Origin: an uncultured Gemmatimonadaceae bacterium | Lineage (GTDB): Bacteria > Gemmatimonadota > Gemmatimonadetes > Gemmatimonadales > Gemmatimonadaceae | Assembly (NCBI GenBank): GCA_963790305.1 | Contig: CAWBOC010000010.1 | Coordinates: 320,001 to 384,000 of the forward strand | Direction of reading: 5' to 3' | Length of the DNA: 64,000 nt | Shown here: piece by piece, positions 8,852 through 18,484 of the stretch | Layout: every line of letters starts with the position of its first letter | Position numbering within the stretch: the first letter of the stretch is position 1 | Notes under the pieces: generated by a model | Seen by the model: the letters and a program-made list of their open reading frames with translations, nothing else | What the model was told of the DNA's origin: nothing | The model's database searches: none | Translations under genes and position numbers: made by a program

Positions 8852-11770
8852 CTATGGGACGGCGGACGTCGCGACGGTGTATGGCGACCGCTCGCCCATG
8901 CGCTCCAGTGCTCGCGACGCGCGCACGACGACGGACTGCAGGGAGGGGTCGGCTCGCGCCCATGCGCGCATCACGCGTCCGTATGCCTCCACGGCCGTGC
9001 GCCGATCTCCAAGCCGTTCGGCGACGCCACCATGCTCGACGAGGAACAGCATCTCCAGGGGACTCAGCAGCGAATAGAGACGTTCCTGGAGGAGGCGCTC
9101 CGCCGCGCGCAAGTCACCGCGCGACGAGAGCAGCCGAGCATGCATGAGGCGATCGGCATAGCACGTTAGGCACAGCGTGTCGGAGAGTGTCGCGAACTCG
9201 CGCAGCGCCTGCACCGTATCGTGCCGCGCGAGCGCGAGGTAGGCGCGCGTCGCGCCGAGCACGTGGTGGGCCGACCGACGTGTGGCCGCATCGCCGCTCG
9301 CCAGCCCTCCTTCCGCAATGCGCGCCATGCGCTCGATCAATGCGACGTCCTTCCGTTGCCCCCACCAGGGCAGCGCGAGCGCCGCGGTAAGCTTTCCGCC
9401 TTCGAGCCAATCGCGGAACGTCGCTCGCGCCGTCTCTTCCGAAATCGCGTCGAGCAGCGCGAGCTCCGACACGAATCGGAGGCTCGGCTTCCGCGCGACG
9501 GCGCTTGCCTCGCTGAGGTGGCCCCGGTACGCAAGAGCCATCGCCAGCCGGGACTCCCACGTGCGGAGGTCCTCCTCCGTTTCAGCGGACTGAGCCAGCT
9601 TGCGGGCAATCCGCACCGCGAGCTCCGCGGTGTCCGTCAACCGGCGCAACGCGAACCATGCGTTCGTGAGGACGTCCCGTGACTCGAGCGCCACTCGCTG
9701 ACCCACCGACTCGTTGGACGCTCCCTCGTCGAGCAGCGCGTTCACGAGTCGTATGCCTTCCGCCTCGGCGTCGGTTGGGCCCAGCGCGAGATAGGCGTTC
9801 GCGTACCGCCGAGCGACTTTCGCACCGTGATGCGTCAGCGCGTGCTCGATCGCGTGGATGTACGCGGGAGCGAACGCCGAATCCAGCGCGATGGCCTGGT
9901 CGAATGCCTCCAGCACGCTCGCGTCCGACACCCGCACGGGAGAGCCGTAGCCATAGTGGTGCCGGGCCTCCCCAAGCGCGGCCCATACTTCCGGATCATC
10001 GCGGTACAGGCGCGACGCCGACTCGAGCGACGAGAAGAGGCGTCGTGCGTGCATCCAGTAGCGCCCATCTCGATCGGGGAGCGTCATGGCGGCCGCAAGG
10101 GAGTCCGCGACGAGCAGCAACGAGTCCCGCGGTGGGAGTCCCCGATTGAACATCCCGGCGCGAAGGCGCGTCGCGGTCACCAGCGAATCGAGTCCCCCTC
10201 GCTGCCAATAGCGTGTGAGCCCAAATCGGCGAAACGCGAGCGCAAACGTCGTATCGGTGGAAAATGCCAGCTCATACTGCGCGAGCGCGGAGTCCCAGGC
10301 GGTTCGGCGATAGTATTGTTCACCGCGGAGGAACGCCTTCAGCGCGGGCATGGACGTCGATCCAAGCGAGGAGCTGCGAACGGCGCCAATGGGGCGCGTT
10401 CGGCCCAGCTCGCGCAAAAGCCCGATCGAGACGGAGTCAGCGAGGCGTGCCATCTGTGACGTCGCATCCCGGCGCTCGATCTCAATGCCGATGCGAGTGC
10501 CGCGGCGGACGTCGTAGAGAGTCGCAGAGAGCTCGACGGAATCCGCCCCGACGCCGAGAACGGTCCCGTACACCACCAGGCCAGCACCGGTACGTTCCCC
10601 GAGTGACGCTGCCGACGCGGCGTCGGCGCGGCCCCTCCATCGTTTCAGCACCACCACGGATGACACGGAGCGCAGGGGACCGGCGCCATCGAGCTTGCGC
10701 GCGAGGACGTCGACGATTCCCTCCCGCCACAGCGCTCGCGTCTCGGCGTCGGGTGCGATCACGTCGAATGGCGCGACCGCGACCACGTCCGGGTCGAGAG
10801 AGGAGGTCAACGCTCCGCGTGCGAAGACCGCACCGCCCCCGAGCGCAGCGACGGTGAGGCAGGCTGCGACGATCTTCGCTCCGCGGGAGGGTACCGGTAT
10901 GCGAAAGCCGGGGATCTGCGTGGTCGGCAGGCGTCCCGCTTCCAACGCGTCACGCAGCATCTCCGCCGTATGCCACCGGTCCTTCGGGTCCTTCGCCATG
11001 GCGCGGGCGATTGCGTCACTCACGACCCGCGGGATCTCGGGGCGCTCCCGACTCAGGGGGTTTGCGTCCTCGGTGAGATGGGCGACGAGCAACGCTTGCG
11101 CAGTCGTCGCCTCGAATGGGGGGTGGCCGGCCAGGATCTCGTATGCCACAATGCCGAGCGCGTAAATGTCCGCTCGGCCATCTACCTCGCGCTCACCGGC
11201 AGCCTGCTCCGGCGCCATGTACCCGATGGTGCCGAGCGCCATCCCCGAGGCGGTGAGGCGATTGCTGGACGTGTCCCCCGCGTGCAGCGCGTGCGCGATC
11301 CCGAAGTCGGCCAGCACCGCGTGCTTGCCCTCGAGCAGGATGTTCTCTGGCTTAATGTCGCGGTGAATGACGCCCTCGGCGTGCGCATACGCGAGCGCGT
11401 CGGCGACCTCGCACAGGATGCGCACCGCATCGTTCACGTCCAGCCGTCCCTCTCGGCGTAGGCGAGCGCGAAGCGATTCGCCCGGCACATACGGCATGAT
11501 GTAGTAGAGGAAATCGCCGCGCTGTCCGGCGGCGAGGATCGGCAGAACGTGCGGGTGCTGCAGCTGCGCCGTCACCTGGCTTTCGCGCGCGAAGCGCGCG
11601 GCGCTGACGTCGTGTGTCAGCTCGGGCGGCAGGATCTTGATGACGACCTGTCGGTTGAGCGAGTGGTCGCGCGCGAGAAAAAGGCGGCTCATTCCGCCGC
11701 CGGGCAACTCTCGCTCGACGGCGTAGCCGTCGGCAAAACCGGTCCTGAGAAGGTCGAGCAGGTCGGTCAC
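8852..11770 (-). CDS. Ser/Thr protein kinase with TM segment and TPR-like C-terminal region
   Basis: GGGMS, VVIK, HRDIKPEN, DFGIA, GTIGYMAPEQ, DIYALG; helical repeat tail. Confidence 0.93.
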   Translation of the reverse strand: MTDLLDLLRTGFADGYAVERELPGGGMSRLFLARDHSLNRQVVIKILPPELTHDVSAARFARESQVTAQLQHPHVLPILAAGQRGDFLYYIMPYVPGESLRARLRREGRLDVNDAVRILCEVADALAYAHAEGVIHRDIKPENILLEGKHAVLADFGIAHALHAGDTSSNRLTASGMALGTIGYMAPEQAAGEREVDGRADIYALGIVAYEILAGHPPFEATTAQALLVAHLTEDANPLSRERPEIPRVVSDAIARAMAKDPKDRWHTAEMLRDALEAGRLPTTQIPGFRIPVPSRGAKIVAACLTVAALGGGAVFARGALTSSLDPDVVAVAPFDVIAPDAETRALWREGIVDVLARKLDGAGPLRSVSSVVVLKRWRGRADAASAASLGERTGAGLVVYGTVLGVGADSVELSATLYDVRRGTRIGIEIERRDATSQMARLADSVSIGLLRELGRTRPIGAVRSSSLGSTSMPALKAFLRGEQYYRRTAWDSALAQYELAFSTDTTFALAFRRFGLTRYWQRGGLDSLVTATRLRAGMFNRGLPPRDSLLLVADSLAAAMTLPDRDGRYWMHARRLFSSLESASRLYRDDPEVWAALGEARHHYGYGSPVRVSDASVLEAFDQAIALDSAFAPAYIHAIEHALTHHGAKVARRYANAYLALGPTDAEAEGIRLVNALLDEGASNESVGQRVALESRDVLTNAWFALRRLTDTAELAVRIARKLAQSAETEEDLRTWESRLAMALAYRGHLSEASAVARKPSLRFVSELALLDAISEETARATFRDWLEGGKLTAALALPWWGQRKDVALIERMARIAEGGLASGDAATRRSAHHVLGATRAYLALARHDTVQALREFATLSDTLCLTCYADRLMHARLLSSRGDLRAAERLLQERLYSLLSPLEMLFLVEHGGVAERLGDRRTAVEAYGRVMRAWARADPSLQSVVVRASRALERMGERSPYTVATSAVP

Positions 11771-11898
11771 AACGAAGGAGTGGTGGTGCGGGCGGATGGC
11801 GGGGGTCCCGCGACCGGGCGCTCACGTGGCGCCGAACCGCTTTCCGCTGCTCGAAGATATGGCGGAAGCCCTCGGCACGCGATAGTTGCGTCGACGCC

Positions 11899-13029
11899 TC
11901 AGAGGATTCGTGACACCCAGTCGCCAACGAAGTACCCAACCACGGCGACTCCGAGTCCGACGACGAACATGTCCATGCCCGAGCGAATGATCCCGCGGCC
12001 GGTGAAGACCGAGCGCGCGGCACCGACGAGAAAGTGAGAGGCCATCGAGACGATGAACGACAGCCAGATCGCCGGCATGCCTTCCAGGAAGAGGAAGGGA
12101 GCGACCGGGATAGCCGCACCGAAGGCCGTCGCCAGACCGGTGACCCACCCTTCGCGCAGCGGGGATGCGCCCTGCTCGCCGATCTTCAGCTCCTCCTGCA
12201 CCTTCTCATCGAGCATGCGCTTGGGATCCGCCATGACTTCCGTCGCCAGGGCGTGCGCCGCGTCGGCATGCATCCCTTTCGCCTCGTAGATGAGCGCCAG
12301 CTCGTCGCGCTCCACCTCGGGCATGAGCTCGATCTCCTGCCGCTCCATCGAGATCTCGTGCGCGTATACCTCCTGCTCGCTCTTGGCGGCGAGGTATCCG
12401 CTCGAACCCATCGAAAGGGCGTCGGCGATGAGGCCGGCCACACCCGCGACGATGATGGTGGCATGTGCGCTGATCGACGCGGCACCGAGCACGCCGGCGA
12501 CGAGTCCAAAGTTCGCGGTGAGGCCGTCGTTGAATCCGTACACGACGTTTCGGAGGAACCCTCCGGACTCGGCGCGGTGCCACGGTTCGGCGGACTTGCC
12601 CGATATCGCCGCAAGCGTGCTCGCATGCTCCGCGGACTCGCGCGCGAGCACCAGCGCCTCGCTGCCCCCCACCGCCCCGCGTGGTGTCGATTTATGCAGC
12701 GCCAGGTAGTCCTTTACCTCACGTCCCTCTTCAGCCAGCAGCAACGGAAGAAGGAAGTTGGGGCCGAACCGTCGGCCCAGGAACGCGAGGATCCGCGCCC
12801 GCGCACTCGGGCGGTGCCCCGAAGGGGGCTGACCGTTTCGGGTGAGGAGCTCCGCCCAGATCTGGACGTGGCGGTCCTCGACCTCGGCCAGCCGCGCGTA
12901 GATGCCGCGGCGCTTTGGGTCGCTTTCCGAGGAGGCGAGAACGCGATACAGGAAAGCCGCGTCCCCCTCGTCCTGCCAATGGTGCTGGAAATCGTGGAGG
13001 TCCGGCCCAGCGGGGTGCGTGTTGGGCAT
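11899..13029 (-). CDS. VIT1/CCC1 iron/manganese transporter with N-terminal ferritin/rubrerythrin-like domain
   Basis: E..AAFLY...LAEVEDRH N-domain; LRNVVYGFNDGL, ALSMGSSGYLAAKSE. Confidence 0.9.
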   Translation of the reverse strand: MPNTHPAGPDLHDFQHHWQDEGDAAFLYRVLASSESDPKRRGIYARLAEVEDRHVQIWAELLTRNGQPPSGHRPSARARILAFLGRRFGPNFLLPLLLAEEGREVKDYLALHKSTPRGAVGGSEALVLARESAEHASTLAAISGKSAEPWHRAESGGFLRNVVYGFNDGLTANFGLVAGVLGAASISAHATIIVAGVAGLIADALSMGSSGYLAAKSEQEVYAHEISMERQEIELMPEVERDELALIYEAKGMHADAAHALATEVMADPKRMLDEKVQEELKIGEQGASPLREGWVTGLATAFGAAIPVAPFLFLEGMPAIWLSFIVSMASHFLVGAARSVFTGRGIIRSGMDMFVVGLGVAVVGYFVGDWVSRIL

Positions 13030-13169
13030 GTCGCAATATGCGCTGGACGGGCGGGACGGAGAATGCCTCGGCAGTGCCGAAGGCTCGCGAGAGGCCCGGT
13101 TCCAGCCGACCGTGAACGGGTGGGACCGTTTGGAACGGGCCGGAACGGCTTCCGGCCCGCTCCTAACGC

Positions 13170-13871
13170 CTAACGACCGCCGAATGTGATCGCCAGACCG
13201 ATCACCGTGTCGCCCTCGTCGATGAACACTTTCTGGAATCCGGCGGTCACCCCGAACCCGGCACGACTGATGAGGCCGAGGCCGCCACCGAGCATGGGAC
13301 GGATACCTGTTTCACTCTCGTCACCGGTGATCACGCCCAATCCGACCCCGGGCGTAAGGAAGGGGACGACCTGAAGCCCATCGGCCGCGCCGGCGACCAG
13401 GCTGAAGGGGAGGGAAAGGGAGGCCGACAGCAGGTAGGCATCCGCGCCCTCCGCCGTGGGGATGCCCGCTCCGATCGCCGTCATCATACCGACGCCGAAG
13501 CGTCCGTCGGCCATCGCGCGTTCCACGAGTGGTGTCGTCCAGTCGGCGCCGACCATGATGAGGGCGTCGCAACCGGAGCAGGCCTGGGCACCTGCCGTTA
13601 GGCCCAACCGCCCAGGGCCCGCCGGCAAGTCGGCGGTAACCCCAATGTGGTGAAGTGGGTCATCGTCCTCGCCGATCTGTCCGTATCTCAGCGATACCGC
13701 CCCGCTTGCCGGACGGCCCACTCCCGCGGCGCTCGCCAGTGGAGCGAAGCCGCCCGTTGGGGTGAGGGTGAGAGCTAGATACGCCCAGAAGTCGCCTTCG
13801 CTCTGCGCCTGCAATGGTGTCGCGACCGAGAGTACGGACATCAGGGGGAAGAGCAGGATTGCGCGTCGCAT
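13170..13871 (-). CDS. Hypothetical secreted / outer-membrane beta-barrel-like protein
   Basis: Signal peptide MRRAILLF...LQAQ, amphipathic beta-strands, C-terminal IGLAITF; GGAG upstream. Confidence 0.6.
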   Translation of the reverse strand: MRRAILLFPLMSVLSVATPLQAQSEGDFWAYLALTLTPTGGFAPLASAAGVGRPASGAVSLRYGQIGEDDDPLHHIGVTADLPAGPGRLGLTAGAQACSGCDALIMVGADWTTPLVERAMADGRFGVGMMTAIGAGIPTAEGADAYLLSASLSLPFSLVAGAADGLQVVPFLTPGVGLGVITGDESETGIRPMLGGGLGLISRAGFGVTAGFQKVFIDEGDTVIGLAITFGGR

Positions 13872-14015
13872 ACGACCTCCCGGTGAGAGTAGGCTGCACC
13901 GTACGGTCGCAATGTCGAGATCGCCGGAACGCAAACCCATACGCCAAATGACGTAGCGGTGTCGTAGGCGTACCCCAAGGGAAATCGGTTTGGGCTCCCT
14001 CCCGAAGGCGTTCAG

Positions 14016-14043
14016 GCAACCCTTTCGACGACCCCCCGTGTCT
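14016..14043 (+). promoter_or_regulatory. Putative ECF-type promoter upstream of the PDZ gene
   Basis: GCAAC-N16-CGT(GTCT), about 40 nt upstream of the ATG. Confidence 0.35.
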
Positions 14044-14079
14044 GACCTGACGGAACACGCCAACCTATGAGGTCAAACT

Positions 14080-15222
14080 ATGCTGCTTCGTGAATCCACC
14101 CTGGCTGCGCTCGCGGTCGTGTTGCTCCCCTGGTACGCGTTCGGTCAGGAGCAAGAGCGCGAACGTGAACGTGAGCGCGAGCGGGAACGGACCCCGAGCC
14201 CTCGCGTCTGGTCCATCGGCGGGGAAGACGATGAACGCGCAGTGCTCGGAATCGGCACCTCGAGCGGCGGCGAGCGTGACACGCTCGGTCTGCTCATTAC
14301 CTCCGTCACGTCAGGCGGACCCGCCGAGCAGGCGGGCCTGGAAGAGGGGAACCGGATCGCCGCGGTCAACGGCGTGAAGCTCACGCTGTCCAGCGCCGAT
14401 GCCGGTGAGCCGGACATGTCGGGCATCCTGTCGCGCCGCTTCACGCGGGAGCTTCGCAAGGTGAAGCCGGGTGACAACGTCGAGCTCCGCGTCTACGACG
14501 ACGGGCAGTTCCGCACCGTTCGCGTGAAGACGATTGCCGCCGCCGACCTTCCCACCCGGCGCCGCGTCTCGCGGGCCGATCTCGATGAGCGCCCCGTGCT
14601 CGGCCTGGGTCTGGGTAGCAGTGGCAGCAAGCGCGACACGATCGGCATTTTCGTCAGCAGCGTGATGGAGTCGGGTCCGGCCGAGAAAGCTGGAATCTTC
14701 GAGGGCGATCGGATCGCCGCGATCAATGGGGTCGACGTTCGCGTGAGGTCCGAGGATGCGGGCGACGCGCAGATCGCCGGTGCACGGATTCAGCGCTTCC
14801 GTCGCGAGATCGCGAAGGCGAAGCCCGGCGACAACGTCGAGCTCCGCGTGTGGTCGGACGGCGGGTACAAGACGGTGCGGGTCACCCTGGGCAAGGCGTC
14901 GGATTTTCAGCAGAACCGGCGTGGCATGTCATTCCATTACGAGGGCGATGACGTGTCGTTTCCGCGGGTCCACATAGCGCCAATGCCTCCCATTCCCCCA
15001 ATGCCCCCGATGGGGCCCATGATTCGCGGGGAGTTCGACTTCGATTTCGATTTCGACCATGAAGCGATCGGGGACGCCGCGCGCGAAGCAGTACGCGCGG
15101 TGCGGGTGAATGCCAACGCGATTCGGGCCGCGACCGCCGACGCGCGGTCGATCGCCGTTCGCGCCGCCGCCGAGGCGCGTGCGGCCGCGCGGGCGGGGAT
15201 GTATACGCAGGGGTGGTTTTAG
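14080..15222 (+). CDS. Secreted protein with two PDZ domains
   Basis: Signal peptide; two repeats of LGI/LGL..DT.G....SV..GPAE.AG..EG.RIAAVNG; Pro-rich tail. Confidence 0.85.
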   Translation: MLLRESTLAALAVVLLPWYAFGQEQERERERERERERTPSPRVWSIGGEDDERAVLGIGTSSGGERDTLGLLITSVTSGGPAEQAGLEEGNRIAAVNGVKLTLSSADAGEPDMSGILSRRFTRELRKVKPGDNVELRVYDDGQFRTVRVKTIAAADLPTRRRVSRADLDERPVLGLGLGSSGSKRDTIGIFVSSVMESGPAEKAGIFEGDRIAAINGVDVRVRSEDAGDAQIAGARIQRFRREIAKAKPGDNVELRVWSDGGYKTVRVTLGKASDFQQNRRGMSFHYEGDDVSFPRVHIAPMPPIPPMPPMGPMIRGEFDFDFDFDHEAIGDAAREAVRAVRVNANAIRAATADARSIAVRAAAEARAAARAGMYTQGWF

Positions 15223-15367
15223 GGATCAGGAGTCAGGAGTCAGGGGTCAGGGGTGGAATGCGGCGCGGCTTCGCCGCAGCCGCGTCATCAGATGAGCAAA
15301 CGGCCGCGCAGTGCGCGGCCGTTTGCCTTTCCACCCCTGACCCCTGACTCCTGACTCCTGATCCCTA
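15220..15367. repeat. Family A palindromic element, copy A2; both termini coincide with TAG stop codons of the convergent genes
   Basis: TAGGGATCAGGAGTCAGGAGTCAGGGGTCAGGGGTGGAA ... TTCCACCCCTGACCCCTGACTCCTGACTCCTGATCCCTA. Confidence 0.9.
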
Positions 15368-18190
15368 CATGGACGGCCCCAGCAGGATTGCGTTGAGCAC
15401 GAGCCTGTCCAGCGCCCGCCACCATCCCCGAAACATCGGCTCGTTGACGAATGCCACCACGTGGCCGTCGCCCATCGATTCCTCCACCAGCAGGGCCGTT
15501 CCGCGCAGCAGGCGCTCGGTGTTGTCGGGAAAGATGAACCCGGCTCGGTGAAGTCGGCCGGTCGACGGGAAGACCGCGACGTTCGCCCCATCCTTCGAAA
15601 GCGACAGAAAGAAATCGCCGTCGAGCATCACCGTGAGGCGCGGATCCTCGTAGCCGAAGGTGAGCCAGTGTGTGCGATCCAGCACGACGTCGAAGTGCGT
15701 ACCGGGCAGCGGTGCCGGGGAGTTGTTCGACGACGACGGACTCTTGACCGGGATGAGGTCCTCCGCCGTGCGCTCTGGCGCCTGACGACGGGCCGCGCTA
15801 TCGCTCGCCGACGGCTCCGCCTTGGCGCTGTCCTCGTCGGCGCCCACCGCTCGCCCGCTCGTTAGGTCGGTGCTCGCGCGCGCAGCCCACACGGTGGAGC
15901 CGCCCATCGTAATGAGCGTGCCCCCTCCGCGAATCCATTCCTTCAGGCGATCGACGCCCTCCTTGCCGAGTCGCGCCGTGAGCGCCCCGGGTGACGCGCT
16001 CGGGATGATGATGACGTTGAGCCTGGAGAGATCGCCGCCGGAGAGATATCCGATCGAGATCGGCATGAAGTCGATGCCGTAGCGTCGCTCGAAGGTCCAC
16101 CAGAGCGCGCCGTAGGATGTCTGGCTCACTCCCTCGTCGCCGACCATCGCGATGGTGGGGGCGGTGGCCGCGACGGTCGCCTCGGAGCCGATGCCGAACT
16201 GGGCGGCGGTCGTGAAGGCGGAGTTGACGCCCGTCACCTCGACGCCGCTCTCACGGGCCAGCGCATCGAGTCTCGACGCAACCGTCGTGTCGTTGCGTCC
16301 CACGCGCACTACCCACGAGCCACGCGGAAAGCTCTTTCCATCGGCCTCGATCGGCTGCGTCGCTACGGCGAGTCGGAAGCCGTTCTTCATCAGGTGATAC
16401 GCCAGGCGTGAAGCACCGTTGCGGTCGGGGGGAAACACGTATGCCGATCTCGCGCCTGCACCCGCTACGATTCCCCCCGGAATCTCCACCGCCAGGAGCT
16501 CGCCACCCACTCGGCGTGCCTGTTGCTGCGCCTCGGGAAGCGTCGGCTCCTCCGCAGGCAGCGACAACACGCGTGCGTTGACCGCAGCAGCGTCCTCCGT
16601 CCAATACGCCTCGACACCGAACGCGACGGGAAGCGACCACGCGGTGAGATCATAGAACTCATATCCCTCGCGCACGCCGCCACGTCCTCGCCTTACGTTG
16701 CGCACGAACTTGGCGATCTGCTCGCGTACGAACGAGCTGTCCATGGACGGCGTCGGCTCGAGGAACGCCTTGGCCACTCGGCCGTTCGGCTGCGCGAGAT
16801 CGACGACGTACGCCCCGCGCGGGAACCGTTGTGACCGGACCGCGTCGTCCGCGAAGGCGTGGGCGCGTGAGGATGAGAATTCCGCATCGGCCGCGCGCAC
16901 CTCGATGCCAGCACGCAACAGTGCCGACGCGAGCTCCGCGGCGCGCCCAGGATCGCGTCCAGGGAGAAAGACGATGCGCTTCATCGTCCCGGCTCGTCCG
17001 TCCGCGATCGCGCTCTGGCGAAACCGGAGGAAATCGCGCACGCGCTCGTCGCGGCGCGCGGCGGTCTGCTCGATGGTCGCCATCGACGCGACCCAGTGCT
17101 TCGCGATGCCATCTCGGAACGAGACGAGCGTGCCGTCATCGCGGCGCCAGAGAATGCCCTTCCAGCCGCCACCGTCGGTCTCGAACGTCATTCCGGCTGC
17201 GCCCATGAGCGCCGGCCACGTGTCCCAGTAGAACACGGCGTAGAAATCGAAGATGTCGCGCGAGTAGTACATCCACCCGTACTTGTCGAAGGCCGTCGCG
17301 TTGGCGCGGCCGAGGATCTCCATCCATTTCGCGAACAGATCGCCGAAGTTCGCGTTGATGGCTTTCGCGACGGGAGGAAAGAAGTACCGCTCGGTGACGC
17401 CGTGCAGATCCGCGGCCACCATCGGATGCCACCGGAGCATCGCGCGCATGAGACCCTGCACCTCGCGCTGCGTCGACGCCATCACATCGCGATTCATGTC
17501 GAAGCGATAGTGATTGTAGCGACCCTGCACGCTCCACGGCTCATCGTGCTCGATCGCGTTTGGATCGGGATGACGGACGTTGATCGAGTTATACCAGACG
17601 GTGAAGCGCTCGTGCCCGTCCGGGTTCGAGCTGGGGTTGATCACGACGATCGTGTTACGAAGCGCGCCGACGGTCGCGGGCTCCTCGCTCGCGGCGAGCT
17701 GATAGAGCGTTTGAATCGCCGATTCGAACCCCGGCGACTCGTTGCCGTGCACCGAGTGCGACAGGAAGACCACGGCGGGAGTGCGGGTGACGATCTGCTC
17801 GAGCTCCGAGGCGCTTGCGCCGCGCGGGTCGGCGAGCCGGTCGAGGTCGGCGCGAATCGCGTCGAGTCGAGCGATGTTTTCGGGAGATGAGACGATGAAG
17901 AGCCGCATCGTGCGCCGTTCGTAGCTCGAGCCGAACTCCTCGACGCGCACGCGATCCTTGGCCGCATCGGCGATCGCAAGCAGCACTCGCTCCTGGGCCG
18001 CGTACTGCGTGTTCATCTCCCCGATGGAGTATCCGAGCACCGCCTCCGGTCGCGGGACCGCCTGGCGATACGGGCCGCGATCGTAGAACGAGAAGTCGCG
18101 GTCGTCGCGAATGGAATCGAGGGGAAGACTCTGTGCGGCGAGCGGCGACGCGAGGGTCAGCGAGAGGAGAGTGACGCGGAGCAGGCGCAT
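15365..18190 (-). CDS. M14-family zinc carboxypeptidase with C-terminal class I glutamine amidotransferase-like domain
   Basis: Signal peptide MRLLRVTLLSLTLASPLAAQ; HGNE, NPDG, DMNRD, DLHG motifs. Confidence 0.88.
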   Translation of the reverse strand: MRLLRVTLLSLTLASPLAAQSLPLDSIRDDRDFSFYDRGPYRQAVPRPEAVLGYSIGEMNTQYAAQERVLLAIADAAKDRVRVEEFGSSYERRTMRLFIVSSPENIARLDAIRADLDRLADPRGASASELEQIVTRTPAVVFLSHSVHGNESPGFESAIQTLYQLAASEEPATVGALRNTIVVINPSSNPDGHERFTVWYNSINVRHPDPNAIEHDEPWSVQGRYNHYRFDMNRDVMASTQREVQGLMRAMLRWHPMVAADLHGVTERYFFPPVAKAINANFGDLFAKWMEILGRANATAFDKYGWMYYSRDIFDFYAVFYWDTWPALMGAAGMTFETDGGGWKGILWRRDDGTLVSFRDGIAKHWVASMATIEQTAARRDERVRDFLRFRQSAIADGRAGTMKRIVFLPGRDPGRAAELASALLRAGIEVRAADAEFSSSRAHAFADDAVRSQRFPRGAYVVDLAQPNGRVAKAFLEPTPSMDSSFVREQIAKFVRNVRRGRGGVREGYEFYDLTAWSLPVAFGVEAYWTEDAAAVNARVLSLPAEEPTLPEAQQQARRVGGELLAVEIPGGIVAGAGARSAYVFPPDRNGASRLAYHLMKNGFRLAVATQPIEADGKSFPRGSWVVRVGRNDTTVASRLDALARESGVEVTGVNSAFTTAAQFGIGSEATVAATAPTIAMVGDEGVSQTSYGALWWTFERRYGIDFMPISIGYLSGGDLSRLNVIIIPSASPGALTARLGKEGVDRLKEWIRGGGTLITMGGSTVWAARASTDLTSGRAVGADEDSAKAEPSASDSAARRQAPERTAEDLIPVKSPSSSNNSPAPLPGTHFDVVLDRTHWLTFGYEDPRLTVMLDGDFFLSLSKDGANVAVFPSTGRLHRAGFIFPDNTERLLRGTALLVEESMGDGHVVAFVNEPMFRGWWRALDRLVLNAILLGPSM

Positions 18191-18262
18191 GGCTGGGGCG
18201 TGAGGTGTGAGCGGTCGACGTGGCGCAGATACTACAGCGGGAAGTTCAATTCGCAACGAGCC

Positions 18263-18372
18263 CCAACTGCTTGACCACAGAGGCACAGAGGGCACGGAGG
18301 ACGGCCAACTGCAAGGACCCTTGCAGTTGGCCGTCCTCCGTGCCCTCTGTGCCTCTGTGGTCAAGCAGTTGG
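18263..18372. repeat. Family D: perfect 54-bp inverted repeat with a 2-nt spacer and CAC(A/G)GAGG repeats
   Basis: 18263-18316 is the exact reverse complement of 18319-18372. Confidence 0.95.
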
Positions 18373-18484
18373 CTCGTTCCAGTAGCGTCTGCGTGCATCC
18401 AGCACGGGCTCGCGCGCCCACCAGGAGCTTAAGCTCAGCCGCCTGCCCTCGCATTGCAGTCCCGCTCCCGCGCTTTTTACGAAA

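Noticed and set aside
18191..18454. N-terminal extension of the M14 peptidase in the ORF track (similarly 55818-56132 and 29659-30351)
   Set aside because: The extensions run through repeats or neighbouring genes; signal peptides mark the downstream starts.
18373..18484. Possible ncRNA or riboswitch downstream of kup
   Set aside because: Only a short palindrome and GC-rich stems are present; no recognisable family consensus.
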